64,000 nucleotides of DNA from Ignavibacteriales bacterium (GTDB lineage Bacteria; Bacteroidota; Ignavibacteria; Ignavibacteriales; DAOSCP01): the NCBI GenBank assembly GCA_035361425.1, contig DAOSCP010000010.1, positions 23,712 through 87,711 on the forward strand, given 5' to 3'. This document shows, piece by piece, positions 27,214 through 38,739 of the stretch. The position numbers were made by a program, and so were the translations under genes. Below the pieces are notes generated by a model. That model was not told the origin of the DNA. It worked only from the letters and a program-made list of their open reading frames with translations, and made no database searches. Numbering within the stretch: position 1 is the stretch's first letter; each line of letters opens with the position of its first letter.

Positions 27214-29604
27214 TTATTTTATAATATATATTTTATGCCTGTTAATATATACTTTACCTGATGATTTTGCAACAATTTCTACAAAATATGTACCATTAGA
27301 ATAATTATCCATTTCAATTTGTACTAAATTAACTCCTGCATTATAGTGTAAATTTTGGGCTATATTTATAATTTTTCTTCCTAATATATCATAAATATTT
27401 ATATTTACTACACTATGCTCTGGCAACGTAAATTCCAAAAATGCAATAGGATTAAATGGATTAGGATAAACTTTTGAAATAAATTTATAATTAAGGTTCA
27501 TCTCTGTTTCAATAATGTCACTATAGCAAATCGAACCATCATTGTCTATAGATAATAGTCGATAATAAAACTTGCCATTCGTATTAGTTAAATCAAAATA
27601 TTGGTATTCGTCAACAGTATTAGAATTTCCTTTTGCTTTTATTGTAGCCAGATTCAACCAATTTAATTTATCATGAGATTTTTGAAGGATAAATTTATCA
27701 ACATTAATCTGTGATGCTGTTGCCCATGTTATGACTATACCATTATTTTTAGGAATTGCATTAAAAGTTTTCAGTTCTACAGGTAAAATATTACCAGTAG
27801 AAATTTCGGTGTTGTTTGCAATTAGATTTCCATTTAAATTTGCAACATTGTTAATTACAATTGTATAGTTATTTCCTGCTATTAAATTATTAAATTTCAA
27901 TAATACTTTTGCAGGATCACCTTGATAACCTCTTATTGCAGATACTGGATTTCCAATTCCATTTATAAGATAATTATTTACATTTTGCGATGAATTCAAC
28001 TCTACAAATCTATCGAAAGTAAGCAAAATATCGGTATTATTAAGAGATTGAGCACTAATTACAGTAGGAGCTGTTGTAGTATCCCAAATTTCTCTTGCTA
28101 ATGCTGGTTCAAAAATAAAAGGATTCCAGTTATTTTGTACATTTTTTACAGCACAATTTCTAATTAACTCTTTCTGTGATACTGGATCGTTGCTATTCCA
28201 ATTTAAATATAATGAAACAGCCCACGGTTTTATCTCAGCTTTATCGGTAGCATCAGAAGTAGCCCAACCATTATCTTCATAGATATATCTTGTTGACATA
28301 TAGAAATAAGTTCTGGCTAAATCACCTTTGAATTCATTTCGTGGTTCGAAAGCAGTTCCACTAAATCCACTCCAGGATGAACTACCAAGTTTGCTACCAT
28401 TAGAAGAAGTATAAGTTGGATTTATAACATTACTAAATGGATAATCACTTCGTTTATTATTAACATAGCCATCTGTTGGGTAAATATGATGGAGATCAGC
28501 ATATGCTGGATTCAGGTCATTAAACCAACTCTTAGGCCAGGAATGTTCACGATTATAACAATCAGCTTCTGAATTATAATTACCACATTGATTTGAAAAG
28601 AAATCATATTCATATGCTGGAACACCGGATGGATTATCACTATAAATATCCCATACCTTTCCACTTTCTTTACTATCTGTATAAACAAATCTAGACCATA
28701 AATTATCGTACCCTATGTTAGTGTGGTTTTTTATTAAATTATGCAAAAGATAACGCAATGTTTTACCTTTGTAGGTCCCCTTTAATGAGTTAAAAGGATT
28801 TGATGTATCTCCAGCAACGGTATAACACACTAAATCCTGAGTTATAGAACCAGATGTGTGCGAAATATTAAATGCTGCATTATTTATTGTTACTGGTACA
28901 AACTTAAAATATATTGTAGTATTATTTATATTACCATTAACAGGATTTAATTGCAAAGAATTGACCCAATTGGTATTTCCATCCAAAGAAAGATATATAC
29001 TTGAAGGTGCTGTTATTATTAGGTTATTGGATAAATTATTTGCACTTACTTGATAAGATTTTACATCCGAACTTGCGCCAATATATGAAAAAAGAAAATA
29101 TTTATTTTTACTTAAATTTATAACTGCACTATTATTGTTACTTGGCTTGCCCATAATTAAAACATCATCAAACGATAGATTACCTTGAGATTTATAATAA
29201 ACTAATTTGATTCTTGTAGCGTTGGTATCTAAATTGTAAGTAAAAGTTTGCCCTGTTGTTGGCAATGGCTTCAGTTCATTTAATAATTGATAATTTCCAT
29301 TTAATAATTGATAGATTTTTAATGATGAACTAGCATCTGTTCCTTGCCCTTTACACCAAAATGAAAGCTGTGTAGGCTTTGCAATTAAAGGAGTTTCTAT
29401 GTAATCATCGGTATTATCTAATTTTAACGAAGGTGAAGCAGCACCATAATTATCTGTAGTAGTATAAGTACTACCAATACCATTAAAAACCCAACCCGTT
29501 GGAGCTGTAGCACCATTATTAAAACCCTCTGAGATTAAAACAACATCTTGTGAGAATAAAATATTTGTAAATAGAAAAATATATAAAAGAACTGTTTTAT
29601 TCAT
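27214..29604 (-). CDS. Secreted endonuclease I-family nuclease with T9SS-type C-terminal sorting domain
   Basis: NREHSWPKSWF, DLHHIYPTDGYVNNKRS, FEPRNEFKGDLARTYFYMSTRY; LPVELKTF and VYPNPFNP C-terminal domain; signal peptide. Confidence 0.9.
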   Translation of the reverse strand: MNKTVLLYIFLFTNILFSQDVVLISEGFNNGATAPTGWVFNGIGSTYTTTDNYGAASPSLKLDNTDDYIETPLIAKPTQLSFWCKGQGTDASSSLKIYQLLNGNYQLLNELKPLPTTGQTFTYNLDTNATRIKLVYYKSQGNLSFDDVLIMGKPSNNNSAVINLSKNKYFLFSYIGASSDVKSYQVSANNLSNNLIITAPSSIYLSLDGNTNWVNSLQLNPVNGNINNTTIYFKFVPVTINNAAFNISHTSGSITQDLVCYTVAGDTSNPFNSLKGTYKGKTLRYLLHNLIKNHTNIGYDNLWSRFVYTDSKESGKVWDIYSDNPSGVPAYEYDFFSNQCGNYNSEADCYNREHSWPKSWFNDLNPAYADLHHIYPTDGYVNNKRSDYPFSNVINPTYTSSNGSKLGSSSWSGFSGTAFEPRNEFKGDLARTYFYMSTRYIYEDNGWATSDATDKAEIKPWAVSLYLNWNSNDPVSQKELIRNCAVKNVQNNWNPFIFEPALAREIWDTTTAPTVISAQSLNNTDILLTFDRFVELNSSQNVNNYLINGIGNPVSAIRGYQGDPAKVLLKFNNLIAGNNYTIVINNVANLNGNLIANNTEISTGNILPVELKTFNAIPKNNGIVITWATASQINVDKFILQKSHDKLNWLNLATIKAKGNSNTVDEYQYFDLTNTNGKFYYRLLSIDNDGSICYSDIIETEMNLNYKFISKVYPNPFNPIAFLEFTLPEHSVVNINIYDILGRKIINIAQNLHYNAGVNLVQIEMDNYSNGTYFVEIVAKSSGKVYINRHKIYIIK

Positions 29605-29703
29605 GTATAACTCCTAATTTTCAGAAAATTGTATCAGAAAATAAAAAAATTATTTATTATTTTTGTTTTTTTTATTCAATAAAATTTATTATATTTATTG
29701 ATT

Positions 29704-31598
29704 ATGAAAAGCAAAATTTTAACATTTTTATTTATTTTCATTTCCTTTTGTTATGCTGACGAATATGATTTAATCATTAACAAATTTAATAATCTACCTA
29801 TCGAAAAACAGTGCGATACTATTGCTCAAATTGGATGGATATATCGTAATGAAAATCCTTTGTTAGCATTAAAATTAAGCAAATATTCAATATATTTAGC
29901 CGAAAAGAACAATTTAGAACACTTGCTGCCAACCTATTATAATTTTTGTGGAGTTATATATCGAAATATAAATAATTTATTTTTAGCAGAAAAATATTTT
30001 ATACAAGCATTAGAAAAAGCTGAAAAATATAATAATAAAAAGGAATTAGGATACGCCTATAACAACATTGGTAATATTTTTATCATTAAAGGTGATACCC
30101 TCTATGCTTTTAAATATTTAGAAAAAGCAAAAATAACATTTTTAAGTATCAATTTTGATATAGGAATTGCATATGTCTATCAAAGATATGGACAAGCTTA
30201 TTTAGCATTAAATAATTATAATTTAGCATACTCAAACTTTTTAGAAGCTTATAAATATAGACAAAATACAACTGATACATTTTCTATTCTTTCATCATTA
30301 AAACAAATTGTTTTCACATTATGTAAAAAAAAGGATTTTCAAACTGCAGAATATTATATTAAAGAATTTGATAAATATACACCATTTATTCAAAAAAATA
30401 ATTTTCAGAAAATTGAAATTAATTTATATATTGCCTATTATTTGCAACATACTGATATTAATAAAAGTATAGAACTAGCTTCAAAGTCACTTGAATATTT
30501 TATTCAACAAAAATACTACCCAAATATATTAATATCTCTTGAACTTTTATCAGAAAATTATAAAAGGTTAAAAGATTATCAAAAACAAGCATACTTTCTT
30601 GAATTACTAAAATATTATACAGATGAAAATAATGCATCTGCTTACAATAATTACTTGTCACAACAAATATTCGAGTATGAAAATAAAAAATATTTAGAAA
30701 TAATACAGAAAAATAATTTTTACTTAAAAATTATACTTCTCTCTATTACCTTAAGCTTAATAGTAATCACAATCTTACTTATAAGAATTATCAAAAAGAA
30801 AAATGATCTAAAAGCATCAAATAAAAAATTAGAAGAAATGAATGACTTTATTCTTTCACAATATTATGATATTAATAATGTAAGAAAAGAACTAGAACAA
30901 TCTAAAGAACTATTAGAGCAATTAATTATTACTTTAGCTCATGATATGAAAAATCCTGTTGCTGCTATAAAATCTTTTACCGAATTAACCCTTGAAGAAA
31001 TAAAACAAAATAATTATCCAATTAAACAAGAAATATTCAAGTATTTAGAATATATTATTTCAGCATCTGTTTCACTCTATGATTTAATCGAAAATGTTCT
31101 TTATTGGAGCAAATCATTAACTCAGAAAATTATATATGAACCTATTTATTTTAATTTATTCGAATTGTTCCAAAATATAACCAACCTGCTAAATATACAG
31201 CTACAACTTAAAAATATAAAGCTTCATATCTTAATACCTCAAACTCAAGAAATATATGGCGACCCACAATTACTCCAAGTTGTTTTTAGAAATATTATTT
31301 CCAATGCTATTAAATTTTCTAAAGAAAATGATTTGATAACAATAAGATATTTTTATGATGGGCTTAACAACATTATAAAAATTGAAGATAATGGAATTGG
31401 ATGAATGAAGAAAAAGTTAATGAATTATTGGATACACTTACAATTAAAAGTTCACATGGTACAAAAGGTGAAAAAGGAACAGGTTTCGGTCTTATCCTGA
31501 TTAAAAAATTCGTAGAATTACACAACGGGAAAATAAATATTGAAAGCACACCTGGTAAAGGAACGATATTTACTGTTTCTTTGCCTGCTAATTATTAA
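29704..31598 (+). pseudogene. Periplasmic-TPR sensor histidine kinase, frameshifted inside the ATPase domain
   Basis: Signal peptide, TPRs, TM helix, LAHDMKNP, NIISNAIKFS, EDNGIG, then a frame change at about 31401. The remainder ([24 protein letters not shown]) is ORF 31401-31598. Confidence 0.85.
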
Positions 31599-33840
31599 TT
31601 CTTTTAAATATGTTCAAATCTTTTCTTAAATGTGGTTTTACAAAATCTATATTGTGGAATATTTCAAACATTTTATTTTGAGAACTTTTCATTTTTTCTA
31701 TTTTTTTCAAATCAAATGTTAATTGGCCTTCTTTAGTAGTTAATTTAAAATTTGCTATATCATTGTTATAGACAACTTCTATTTTTTCATTATTCCTTAT
31801 AGTAAATGACACAGCTTCATAAAATGGAAGTTGAATTGATAATTTTCTTTCTGGTCCTGTATAAAAATAAGTTAATGTTTTTTTATCTTTATCTTTCATG
31901 CAATAGAACTTGATATTACTTTCAGAAATTTTAACAGAAGTATAAAGCACATTGAAATTATCTGGTATGGAAGGTTTAATATATATTGTATTATTTAAAA
32001 GATCTGGTTGAAAACCAAGAAAATATTGATACCAAATTCTTAAATGTTCGGCATTTGACCAGGCTTGCAAAAATGTTCCGCTTCTTTTGGCCCAATTTTT
32101 ACCTTCTCTTGGTAAAGCATCTGCATTTTCAGCCAAAGAACCAACTGCACCTTGAACAATAGCTTGATAATTCATATTATCAAATAGTTTATATGCTGCG
32201 TTATACTGTCCGTATTCAATCATTCTTTGCATCATAATTCCATTTAACCAAAGCCAAACTATACCGTTGTGATACGCTTCATCAAAAAAATACCAATCGC
32301 AATGGTGGTAAGGATGAAAATCGGGATCTTCTTGCCACAAAGATGCAACTCCCCAAGGATAAGTTAATCTTTCCCAACATAGTCTGGTGATATTTGCTTT
32401 AATTATTGTATCACTTAAAAGATCTAAGGCAAATAGTTGGTTTGGTCTAAATTTCCAATCTTGTTTGTAATTTGAATCTAATCTATCTGCAAGGTATTTA
32501 TAATCATCGGAATAATAATATTTTATGAAATTAGCTTTTATTTTTTCTTTATAATTTACACATAAATTAGCAAAATCTGTATCATTTTTATAGTTAGCAA
32601 AAAATTGAGCTGCACTTAACATATCATACCACAAAGCCTGAATATCATTTGCAGCAATACCACGAGGAGAAAACGGAATTTTACCATCCTTTTTTGCATC
32701 CATCCAGGTATCTGCATCATCATGAGTTATAAAACCATTATCATCAACCCAATGTTTGATATTTCCTAAAATTGCTATTTTAACATTATCGTAAAGCTGA
32801 TTTAAAATCGAATAATCAGCAGTATATCTTAAATAATCGTAAATAGAAATGACAAATCTCGGTGTACCATCTGCAGTGTTGTAAATAATATCTGTTGGCT
32901 GTGCACGATTTGGAATTCTACCATAGAATTTTGAACTAGTATCTAAATTTTGGAATTTAGCAAAACTTATTAAAATTTCTTTTGCTGTTTGATAGTCTCC
33001 ACTAACCAAACAAGTACCTACAAAGGAAATAAACATATCTCTGCCCCAATATTGGTTAAACCAGGGCAATCCTGCATAAATTCCTTTTCCTTGCTGATTT
33101 GTAACAAGTTGATTTAATGTAGCCGTCAACCATGGAATAGCCAAATTTACTTTTGCATCTTCAGAGGCAACATAAGCATTTTCCATTATCTGTGAAATTC
33201 TATTCCTTCTTTGTAAAAGTAAATTATCTAATTTTGAAATATTGTTATTTATTATTGCTTTAACATCATCAAAGGAATTTCCACAAACAATAATAAAAGC
33301 ATCATCATTACTATTTGAATAAACTAAATCTTTTTTATTTTTAATATTTCTTGTTTTACGATTTGTTACACCAACAAATAAATTACTTTCTTTTACTGCA
33401 TAAAAAGCTATTCCATTTTCAGTTTTAATGTATTTTAATATGTTAGCATCAAACTTTAATCCTATTTGTTTTGCATTTTTAGCCATAAGTGATATGTAAA
33501 TTAAATGCAGACTATCAATCATCGAAAAATTTTCTGTGGCATTTTCATAATTCCTAATAAACTTATCTGGATAAACAGCTACTGTTGAAGTTGATTTTTT
33601 CAACTCTTTTCCATCAGCAAATAATTTATAATCATTAAAAATTCTTACACCTGCAATATTCCAGCCAGCAAACCACATCTCATTATTATCGAGATGCGTT
33701 GTAGTATAGAAATATGCATCTTTAGAATTAGTATATGAAACTTCACGATTTTGTTTTACTACAATTTTATAATTCTCATAATCAAATTTTGGTTGTGCTA
33801 ATAACATAATATTTGTTAGTAATAAAATAATACTTCTCAT
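31588..33840 (-). CDS. Amylo-alpha-1,6-glucosidase (glycogen-debranching-like) family glycoside hydrolase
   Basis: [46 protein letters not shown]; short signal-like N-terminus. Confidence 0.85.
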   Translation of the reverse strand: MRSIILLLTNIMLLAQPKFDYENYKIVVKQNREVSYTNSKDAYFYTTTHLDNNEMWFAGWNIAGVRIFNDYKLFADGKELKKSTSTVAVYPDKFIRNYENATENFSMIDSLHLIYISLMAKNAKQIGLKFDANILKYIKTENGIAFYAVKESNLFVGVTNRKTRNIKNKKDLVYSNSNDDAFIIVCGNSFDDVKAIINNNISKLDNLLLQRRNRISQIMENAYVASEDAKVNLAIPWLTATLNQLVTNQQGKGIYAGLPWFNQYWGRDMFISFVGTCLVSGDYQTAKEILISFAKFQNLDTSSKFYGRIPNRAQPTDIIYNTADGTPRFVISIYDYLRYTADYSILNQLYDNVKIAILGNIKHWVDDNGFITHDDADTWMDAKKDGKIPFSPRGIAANDIQALWYDMLSAAQFFANYKNDTDFANLCVNYKEKIKANFIKYYYSDDYKYLADRLDSNYKQDWKFRPNQLFALDLLSDTIIKANITRLCWERLTYPWGVASLWQEDPDFHPYHHCDWYFFDEAYHNGIVWLWLNGIMMQRMIEYGQYNAAYKLFDNMNYQAIVQGAVGSLAENADALPREGKNWAKRSGTFLQAWSNAEHLRIWYQYFLGFQPDLLNNTIYIKPSIPDNFNVLYTSVKISESNIKFYCMKDKDKKTLTYFYTGPERKLSIQLPFYEAVSFTIRNNEKIEVVYNNDIANFKLTTKEGQLTFDLKKIEKMKSSQNKMFEIFHNIDFVKPHLRKDLNIFKRINN

Positions 33841-33861
33841 AACAGTTTATCCAGAATATAA

Positions 33862-35121
33862 TTATTTTTTATCTGTATCTTTAACAAATAACCATATAAC
33901 AAAAGAAATACCTAAGCAAACTGAACTAATAAGAAAGATATATGATTTATCATGCATAGAATTAATCCAACCACCAAGATAAGAAGCTACTATTTGTGGA
34001 ATAACAACTGCAAGGTTAAAAAGCCCCATGAATAATCCCATCTTTGCTTTATTTACAACCTCGGAAACTATTGCAAAAATGATTGAAACAACAGAAGCCC
34101 ATCCAATACCTATAAATGCCATCATTACAAATAAGCCGACTTTATCTTTAATAAATAAAAATGTAATCAAGTAAGCAATTGCCATTATTAAAATTGCTAA
34201 TTTATGCGTCCAAACTTTACCAATTTTTTTGCTAACAGGTTCTAAAACAAATTTGGGAAAAATAAAACCAATTGTATTTAAAATAGCAAAAGAAATACCC
34301 GTAGCTAAACCTATTTGATCGTTTAATTGAGATGGTAATTCTTGAGTAATTTTATATCCCATAACAACTTCTTTTATAAAGCCAAAAGTATAAATAAACA
34401 TTGTTTGAATACCAACCCATGTAAAAGCATGAGCAAAACAAATTTTTAGGAATTCGGGTAAATTAGTTTCAGAAGTAACTGCATTTTCTCCAGTTGCAAC
34501 TAGTTCTTTTGGTTCTTCGATAAAAAATGTTGGTAATACAGTAAACAAAGGAACAATAAAAATTGCCATATAAATAAGTTGAATATTTCCAACAAATGCT
34601 CCAATTAAGTAAGCAAGAACACCAAAGAAACCTGAAATTGTTTGCATCCACGCGTAGCCTTTTGTTCTTAATTCTCCTTCAGGAGTAACATCTGTAATTA
34701 AAGTTCTTGTAGGATTAAAACTAACATTTATTGAAAGATCAAAGATAAGTGCAATAGCAGTAGCTACAATAAGTAAAGTAGTACCTTCAAGATGTAAAGC
34801 ATTTTTTATAGCACCTAGATTTGGAAGAAGAATTAACATTAAACCACCAATTAAACCACCAATAATAATATAAGGTCTTCTTCTTCCACCCCATAACCAT
34901 GTATTATCACTAATAATACCAACAATTACCTGGCCCAATATTCCAGCAAGTGGTCCGGCTAACCAAACTAAACCAATTTGATGTAAATCGTAACCAAGTT
35001 GAGTATTAAGTATCCAACCTAAACATTGAATTTGAACTGATAAAGCAAATCCAATAGCAGTAGCTGGTAAAGACAAAACAACAAAGAATAAATCTGTGAA
35101 TTTTTTTTGCATTTCTTTCAT
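33862..35121 (-). CDS. MFS sugar transporter (SLC45/MalA-like)
   Basis: IGLVWLAGPLAGILGQVIVGIISDNTW..GGRRRPY, GLFMGLFNLAVVIPQI; about 12 TM segments. Confidence 0.88.
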   Translation of the reverse strand: MKEMQKKFTDLFFVVLSLPATAIGFALSVQIQCLGWILNTQLGYDLHQIGLVWLAGPLAGILGQVIVGIISDNTWLWGGRRRPYIIIGGLIGGLMLILLPNLGAIKNALHLEGTTLLIVATAIALIFDLSINVSFNPTRTLITDVTPEGELRTKGYAWMQTISGFFGVLAYLIGAFVGNIQLIYMAIFIVPLFTVLPTFFIEEPKELVATGENAVTSETNLPEFLKICFAHAFTWVGIQTMFIYTFGFIKEVVMGYKITQELPSQLNDQIGLATGISFAILNTIGFIFPKFVLEPVSKKIGKVWTHKLAILIMAIAYLITFLFIKDKVGLFVMMAFIGIGWASVVSIIFAIVSEVVNKAKMGLFMGLFNLAVVIPQIVASYLGGWINSMHDKSYIFLISSVCLGISFVIWLFVKDTDKK

Positions 35122-35161
35122 AAAAACTACTCCTATAATAAATTAAATTAGAATGAAATGA

Positions 35162-35190
35162 AATATAATAATTTTAACAAAAATTAACAA
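35162..35190 (-). promoter_or_regulatory. sigma70-type promoter for the MFS-hydrolase pair
   Basis: TTGTTA (35190-35185), 17 bp, TATATT (35167-35162). Confidence 0.55.
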
Positions 35191-35213
35191 TTATTTTTAA
35201 TTGGCATCAAAAT

Positions 35214-35245
35214 AAAAAAGCTACCCTTTTGATGAGTAGCTTTTT
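35214..35245 (-). terminator. Intrinsic terminator after the hemerythrin pair
   Basis: Minus strand AAAAAGCTACTC-ATCAAAA-GGGTAGCTTTTTT. Confidence 0.8.
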
Positions 35246-35267
35246 AACATATATTGTTTATAAAATA

Positions 35268-35672
35268 TTATTGTTGTTTTATAAATGGTGCATATTTTTT
35301 ATCTTCACCAGCTATATGGGATATTAACCAATCTCCTAATTGCTGTTGTAGCTGAATTACAATACTTAAATCTGCTCCTTGTGCTGAAACTTTTTGTCTT
35401 TGTTCTTTTATAAAATTTTTAAATTTTTCATGAATTTGTTTGTGTTTTTCAAAATCAGGATAATTATTTTTTTTCAATAATTCTTCTTCATCAGCAAAGT
35501 GTTTATCAACATAATTACTCAAAAAAACAATTGTTTTTAGAACTTCTTCTTTACCTTTACCAGATTTCATTGCTTCTTGAAGATCTGTCAAAGCTTTAAA
35601 GAGTTGTTGATGTTGTGCATCTATTTTGGGCACATTTACAGATAAATTTGCAGACCAATTAAAATTTGCCAT
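35268..35672 (-). CDS. Bacteriohemerythrin
   Basis: IDAQHQQL, HFADEE, HKQIH, WLISHIAGED: complete di-iron ligand set. Confidence 0.93.
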   Translation of the reverse strand: MANFNWSANLSVNVPKIDAQHQQLFKALTDLQEAMKSGKGKEEVLKTIVFLSNYVDKHFADEEELLKKNNYPDFEKHKQIHEKFKNFIKEQRQKVSAQGADLSIVIQLQQQLGDWLISHIAGEDKKYAPFIKQQ

Positions 35673-35689
35673 AAATTTCTCCTTTCTTT

Positions 35690-36100
35690 TTATTTAACGT
35701 AATTGGCAATTTGTTTATCTTTTTTTAAGATATGATCAACAAGCCACTCGCCTACTTGTTGATGTATTGTAATTAACATGCTTAAACTTGCACCATCTTT
35801 TTTGAATTTTTGTATTGTATCAGAAACAAATTTTACAAAATCTTCGTGTTCTTTTTTGTGTTCTTCCAAGCCAGCAACGTTTAATTTTTTCATTACATCT
35901 TCTTCATCTTTGAAATGTTGAACTGTATAATTAGCAAGAAAATCTAGCATTTTTCCAAGTTCTTCTTTACCAGAGCCATTTTTCATTGCTGTTTGCAACT
36001 CTTCAACCATTTCAATAAGCTTTTTGTGTTGAGCATCAACATTTGGAACTTTTACAGAATAAGAATCTGACCATAAATATTGTGTTATACTACCTCCCAT
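35690..36100 (-). CDS. Bacteriohemerythrin (tandem paralogue)
   Basis: VDAQHKKL, HFKDEE, HKKEH, WLVDHILKKD. Confidence 0.93.
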   Translation of the reverse strand: MGGSITQYLWSDSYSVKVPNVDAQHKKLIEMVEELQTAMKNGSGKEELGKMLDFLANYTVQHFKDEEDVMKKLNVAGLEEHKKEHEDFVKFVSDTIQKFKKDGASLSMLITIHQQVGEWLVDHILKKDKQIANYVK

Positions 36101-36121
36101 ATATAAGATATTTATATTTTA

Positions 36122-36150
36122 AATATATATTTTTTTTTTCTAAAAGTCAA
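36122..36150 (-). promoter_or_regulatory. sigma70-type promoter for the hemerythrin pair
   Basis: TTGACT (36150-36145), 17 bp, TATATT (36127-36122). Confidence 0.65.
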
Positions 36151-36188
36151 ATTTTTATTATAAATTACAAATCAAAAAAAAGGAAATT

Positions 36189-37308
36189 ATGAAAACCAAA
36201 CGTCTTATCAATGTTGATTTTCTCAAGGGTTTTGCTCTTATTGTGATGATTGAAGTACATATTTTTAATGAAATGGTACTTCCACATATAAAAGCATCAT
36301 CATTGTTTCTTAACTTTATTAATGGATTAGTTGCACCTACATTTATTTTTAGTTCTGGTTTTGCATTTTTTCTTTCAAGCAAAAACAAACTGAATAACCT
36401 GTTCTTTTTTAGTGATGAATTTATTAAACAACTCAAAAGAATCTTTTTTTTAATAGTTGCAGGCTATAGTTTACATTTACCATATTTTTCACTACAAAAA
36501 ATAATTTTTGAATTAGATGAAAAAAAACTTATATCACTTTTCAATTTCGATGTTTTGCAATGTATAGGGTTAGGTTTACTTGTATTATTAATTTTACGTA
36601 CTTCATTAAAAAATACTTCAATATACATTAAAACTATCACTACTTTATTTTTAGTATTCATTATTTTTACACCTATCATATGGCAAATAGATTTTAGAAG
36701 TTATTTTCATATATCACTAGCTACAATTTTTAACAATAAATATAAATCTTTATTCCCAATTTTTCCCTGGTTTGCTTTCCTTTTTGCAGGAAATATTATG
36801 GGTTATCTTTATGATAAATATAAAGATCAAAATATAGATAAACTTATAAAATATTCATTTATATTAGGTACAATTTTAATTTTTTATATCGCACACTCTT
36901 TGGTTTTATAATCCAATTTTTTTTGATACAGGTTTCAAAGCAAATCCATTGTTCACCTTACTAAGAATATCATATTTATTGGTATTATTTTCACTTTCAT
37001 ACATAATATGCAACAAAATTGATTTAAGTAAATCTTTTATAATAATAGTTAGTAAAGAAACTTTATTGGTCTATTGGTTACACCTACAAATAATGTATAG
37101 AAAATTTCTGAATGGTAATTCCCTGGTTGATTTGTATAAAGGGTCATTAAACCTATCAGGTGTATTTTTGGGGTCATTTTTATTAATTTTAATAATGATA
37201 GTAATTGCCTATTTTTGGAATAAATTAAAAATAGACTTTTACGATATATATAGGTTTATATTCTACTTGTTTATAACTTCACTAATAGTTTTACTTGTAT
37301 TATTATAA
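36189..37308 (+). pseudogene. DUF1624 / HGSNAT-like membrane acyltransferase, frameshifted
   Basis: VDFLKGFALIVMIEVH, LVAPTFIFSSG, FDVLQCIG, FPIFPWFAF. The second frame is open from 36880 through ORF 36949-37308; removing one T of the T6 run at 36880-36885 joins them. Confidence 0.78.
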
Positions 37309-37310
37309 TT

Positions 37311-38732
37311 ATGGGGGATTTAATGGAAATTAAATTTGGAACAGATGGCTGGCGAGCCATTATCGGGGATGAAATTACTCCAAATTCAATTGCAAAAGTA
37401 GCACATTCTTTTTCTAAATATCTTTTACAAAGATATAACTCAAAAAAAAATATTTTAATTGTAATTGGTTATGATGGAAGAAAATTTTCAGATGAATTTG
37501 CTGAAATATTTGCTAAAATTACTTCAAGTTACAATATTATATCATACCTATCTGATAAAATCACACCAACACCTTTTGTATCTGGAGCTATAAAACAACT
37601 TTCGCTCGATGCCGGAGTGATGATTACAGCAAGTCATAATCCACCATCATACAATGGTATTAAATTTAAAGATTATTATGGAGGCCCATTTTTTACAGAA
37701 GAGACTTTAAAAGTAGAAAAATTGTTATCTAATGAAGAAAGTATTCCCACCGAATGTAATTATAAAAAAATCGATTTATTCGATGTATATTTAAAACTAA
37801 TAAAAGAAAAAATAAATTTTGATATTATAAAAAATGCAAACCTTAGTATTTTAGTAGATTCGATGTATGGTGCAGGTCAGGATTATATAAAGAAAATACT
37901 AGAAATAAATTCAATTGATTCTACAGTTATTTATAATAAACCATTATCTGATTTTAATGGAAGATTACCTGAGCGTATAGAAAAAAATTTATTGGAATTA
38001 TCAAATGAATTAAAAAAAGGTAATTTTAGTTTATGTTTAGCAACAGATGGTGATGCTGATAGATTAGGTGTTATGTTAGAAAATGGAGAATGGTTAAGTG
38101 CACAAGAACAAATTTTATATCTAATGGATTATGTAGTTAATAGATTAAACTTTCAAGGTGATTTAGTTGTAAGTTCATCTGTAACTGGTAAAATTGAAAA
38201 GTATTTAGGAAATGATTTAAGAAGAGTTATAAGAGTACCCGTAGGCTTCAAATATATCTTTGAAGAATTTGTTAAAGGTAATGTTGCTGTTGGTTGTGAA
38301 GAAAGTGGAGGTTACGGCTTCGGATTCCATATACCTGAAAGAGATGGTATTTTTTCATCTCTTATGTTTATACAAATGTTAGCAGATAGTGGCTATACAA
38401 AATTATCTGATTTTGTTAACGCCAAAAGAAAAGAGTTTGATGTAATCTATTATGATAGAATAGATCACCACTTTGAAGGTGATTCGTTAAAAATACTTCA
38501 CTCAATCTATAACTCACAGTTAAAAAATGTAATGGATAAAAACATAACTAATATTTCAACATATACAAACAGTCGCGGTATTATTAATGGAATAAAATTT
38601 ATATTTGATTCTCCAACTCAATGGGTTTTAATCAGATGTAGCGAAACCGAACCACTTGTGCGAATATATGCTGAAGGGAATAGTTTAGATGAAGTTAATG
38701 AATTACTTACTTATTTCCAAAAATATTTTTAA
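37311..38732 (+). CDS. Phosphoglucomutase/phosphomannomutase family protein
   Basis: IKFGTDGWR, MITASHNP, DGDADR, GCEESGG, RCSETEPLVRIYAE. Confidence 0.93.
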   Translation: MGDLMEIKFGTDGWRAIIGDEITPNSIAKVAHSFSKYLLQRYNSKKNILIVIGYDGRKFSDEFAEIFAKITSSYNIISYLSDKITPTPFVSGAIKQLSLDAGVMITASHNPPSYNGIKFKDYYGGPFFTEETLKVEKLLSNEESIPTECNYKKIDLFDVYLKLIKEKINFDIIKNANLSILVDSMYGAGQDYIKKILEINSIDSTVIYNKPLSDFNGRLPERIEKNLLELSNELKKGNFSLCLATDGDADRLGVMLENGEWLSAQEQILYLMDYVVNRLNFQGDLVVSSSVTGKIEKYLGNDLRRVIRVPVGFKYIFEEFVKGNVAVGCEESGGYGFGFHIPERDGIFSSLMFIQMLADSGYTKLSDFVNAKRKEFDVIYYDRIDHHFEGDSLKILHSIYNSQLKNVMDKNITNISTYTNSRGIINGIKFIFDSPTQWVLIRCSETEPLVRIYAEGNSLDEVNELLTYFQKYF

Positions 38733-38739
38733 TTGAAAA

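Noticed and set aside
31399-31404. Phase-variable slippage tracts at the frameshift sites
   Set aside because: Two of the three frameshifts are not in homopolymers or SSRs; only the T6 at 36880 qualifies, and it is short.
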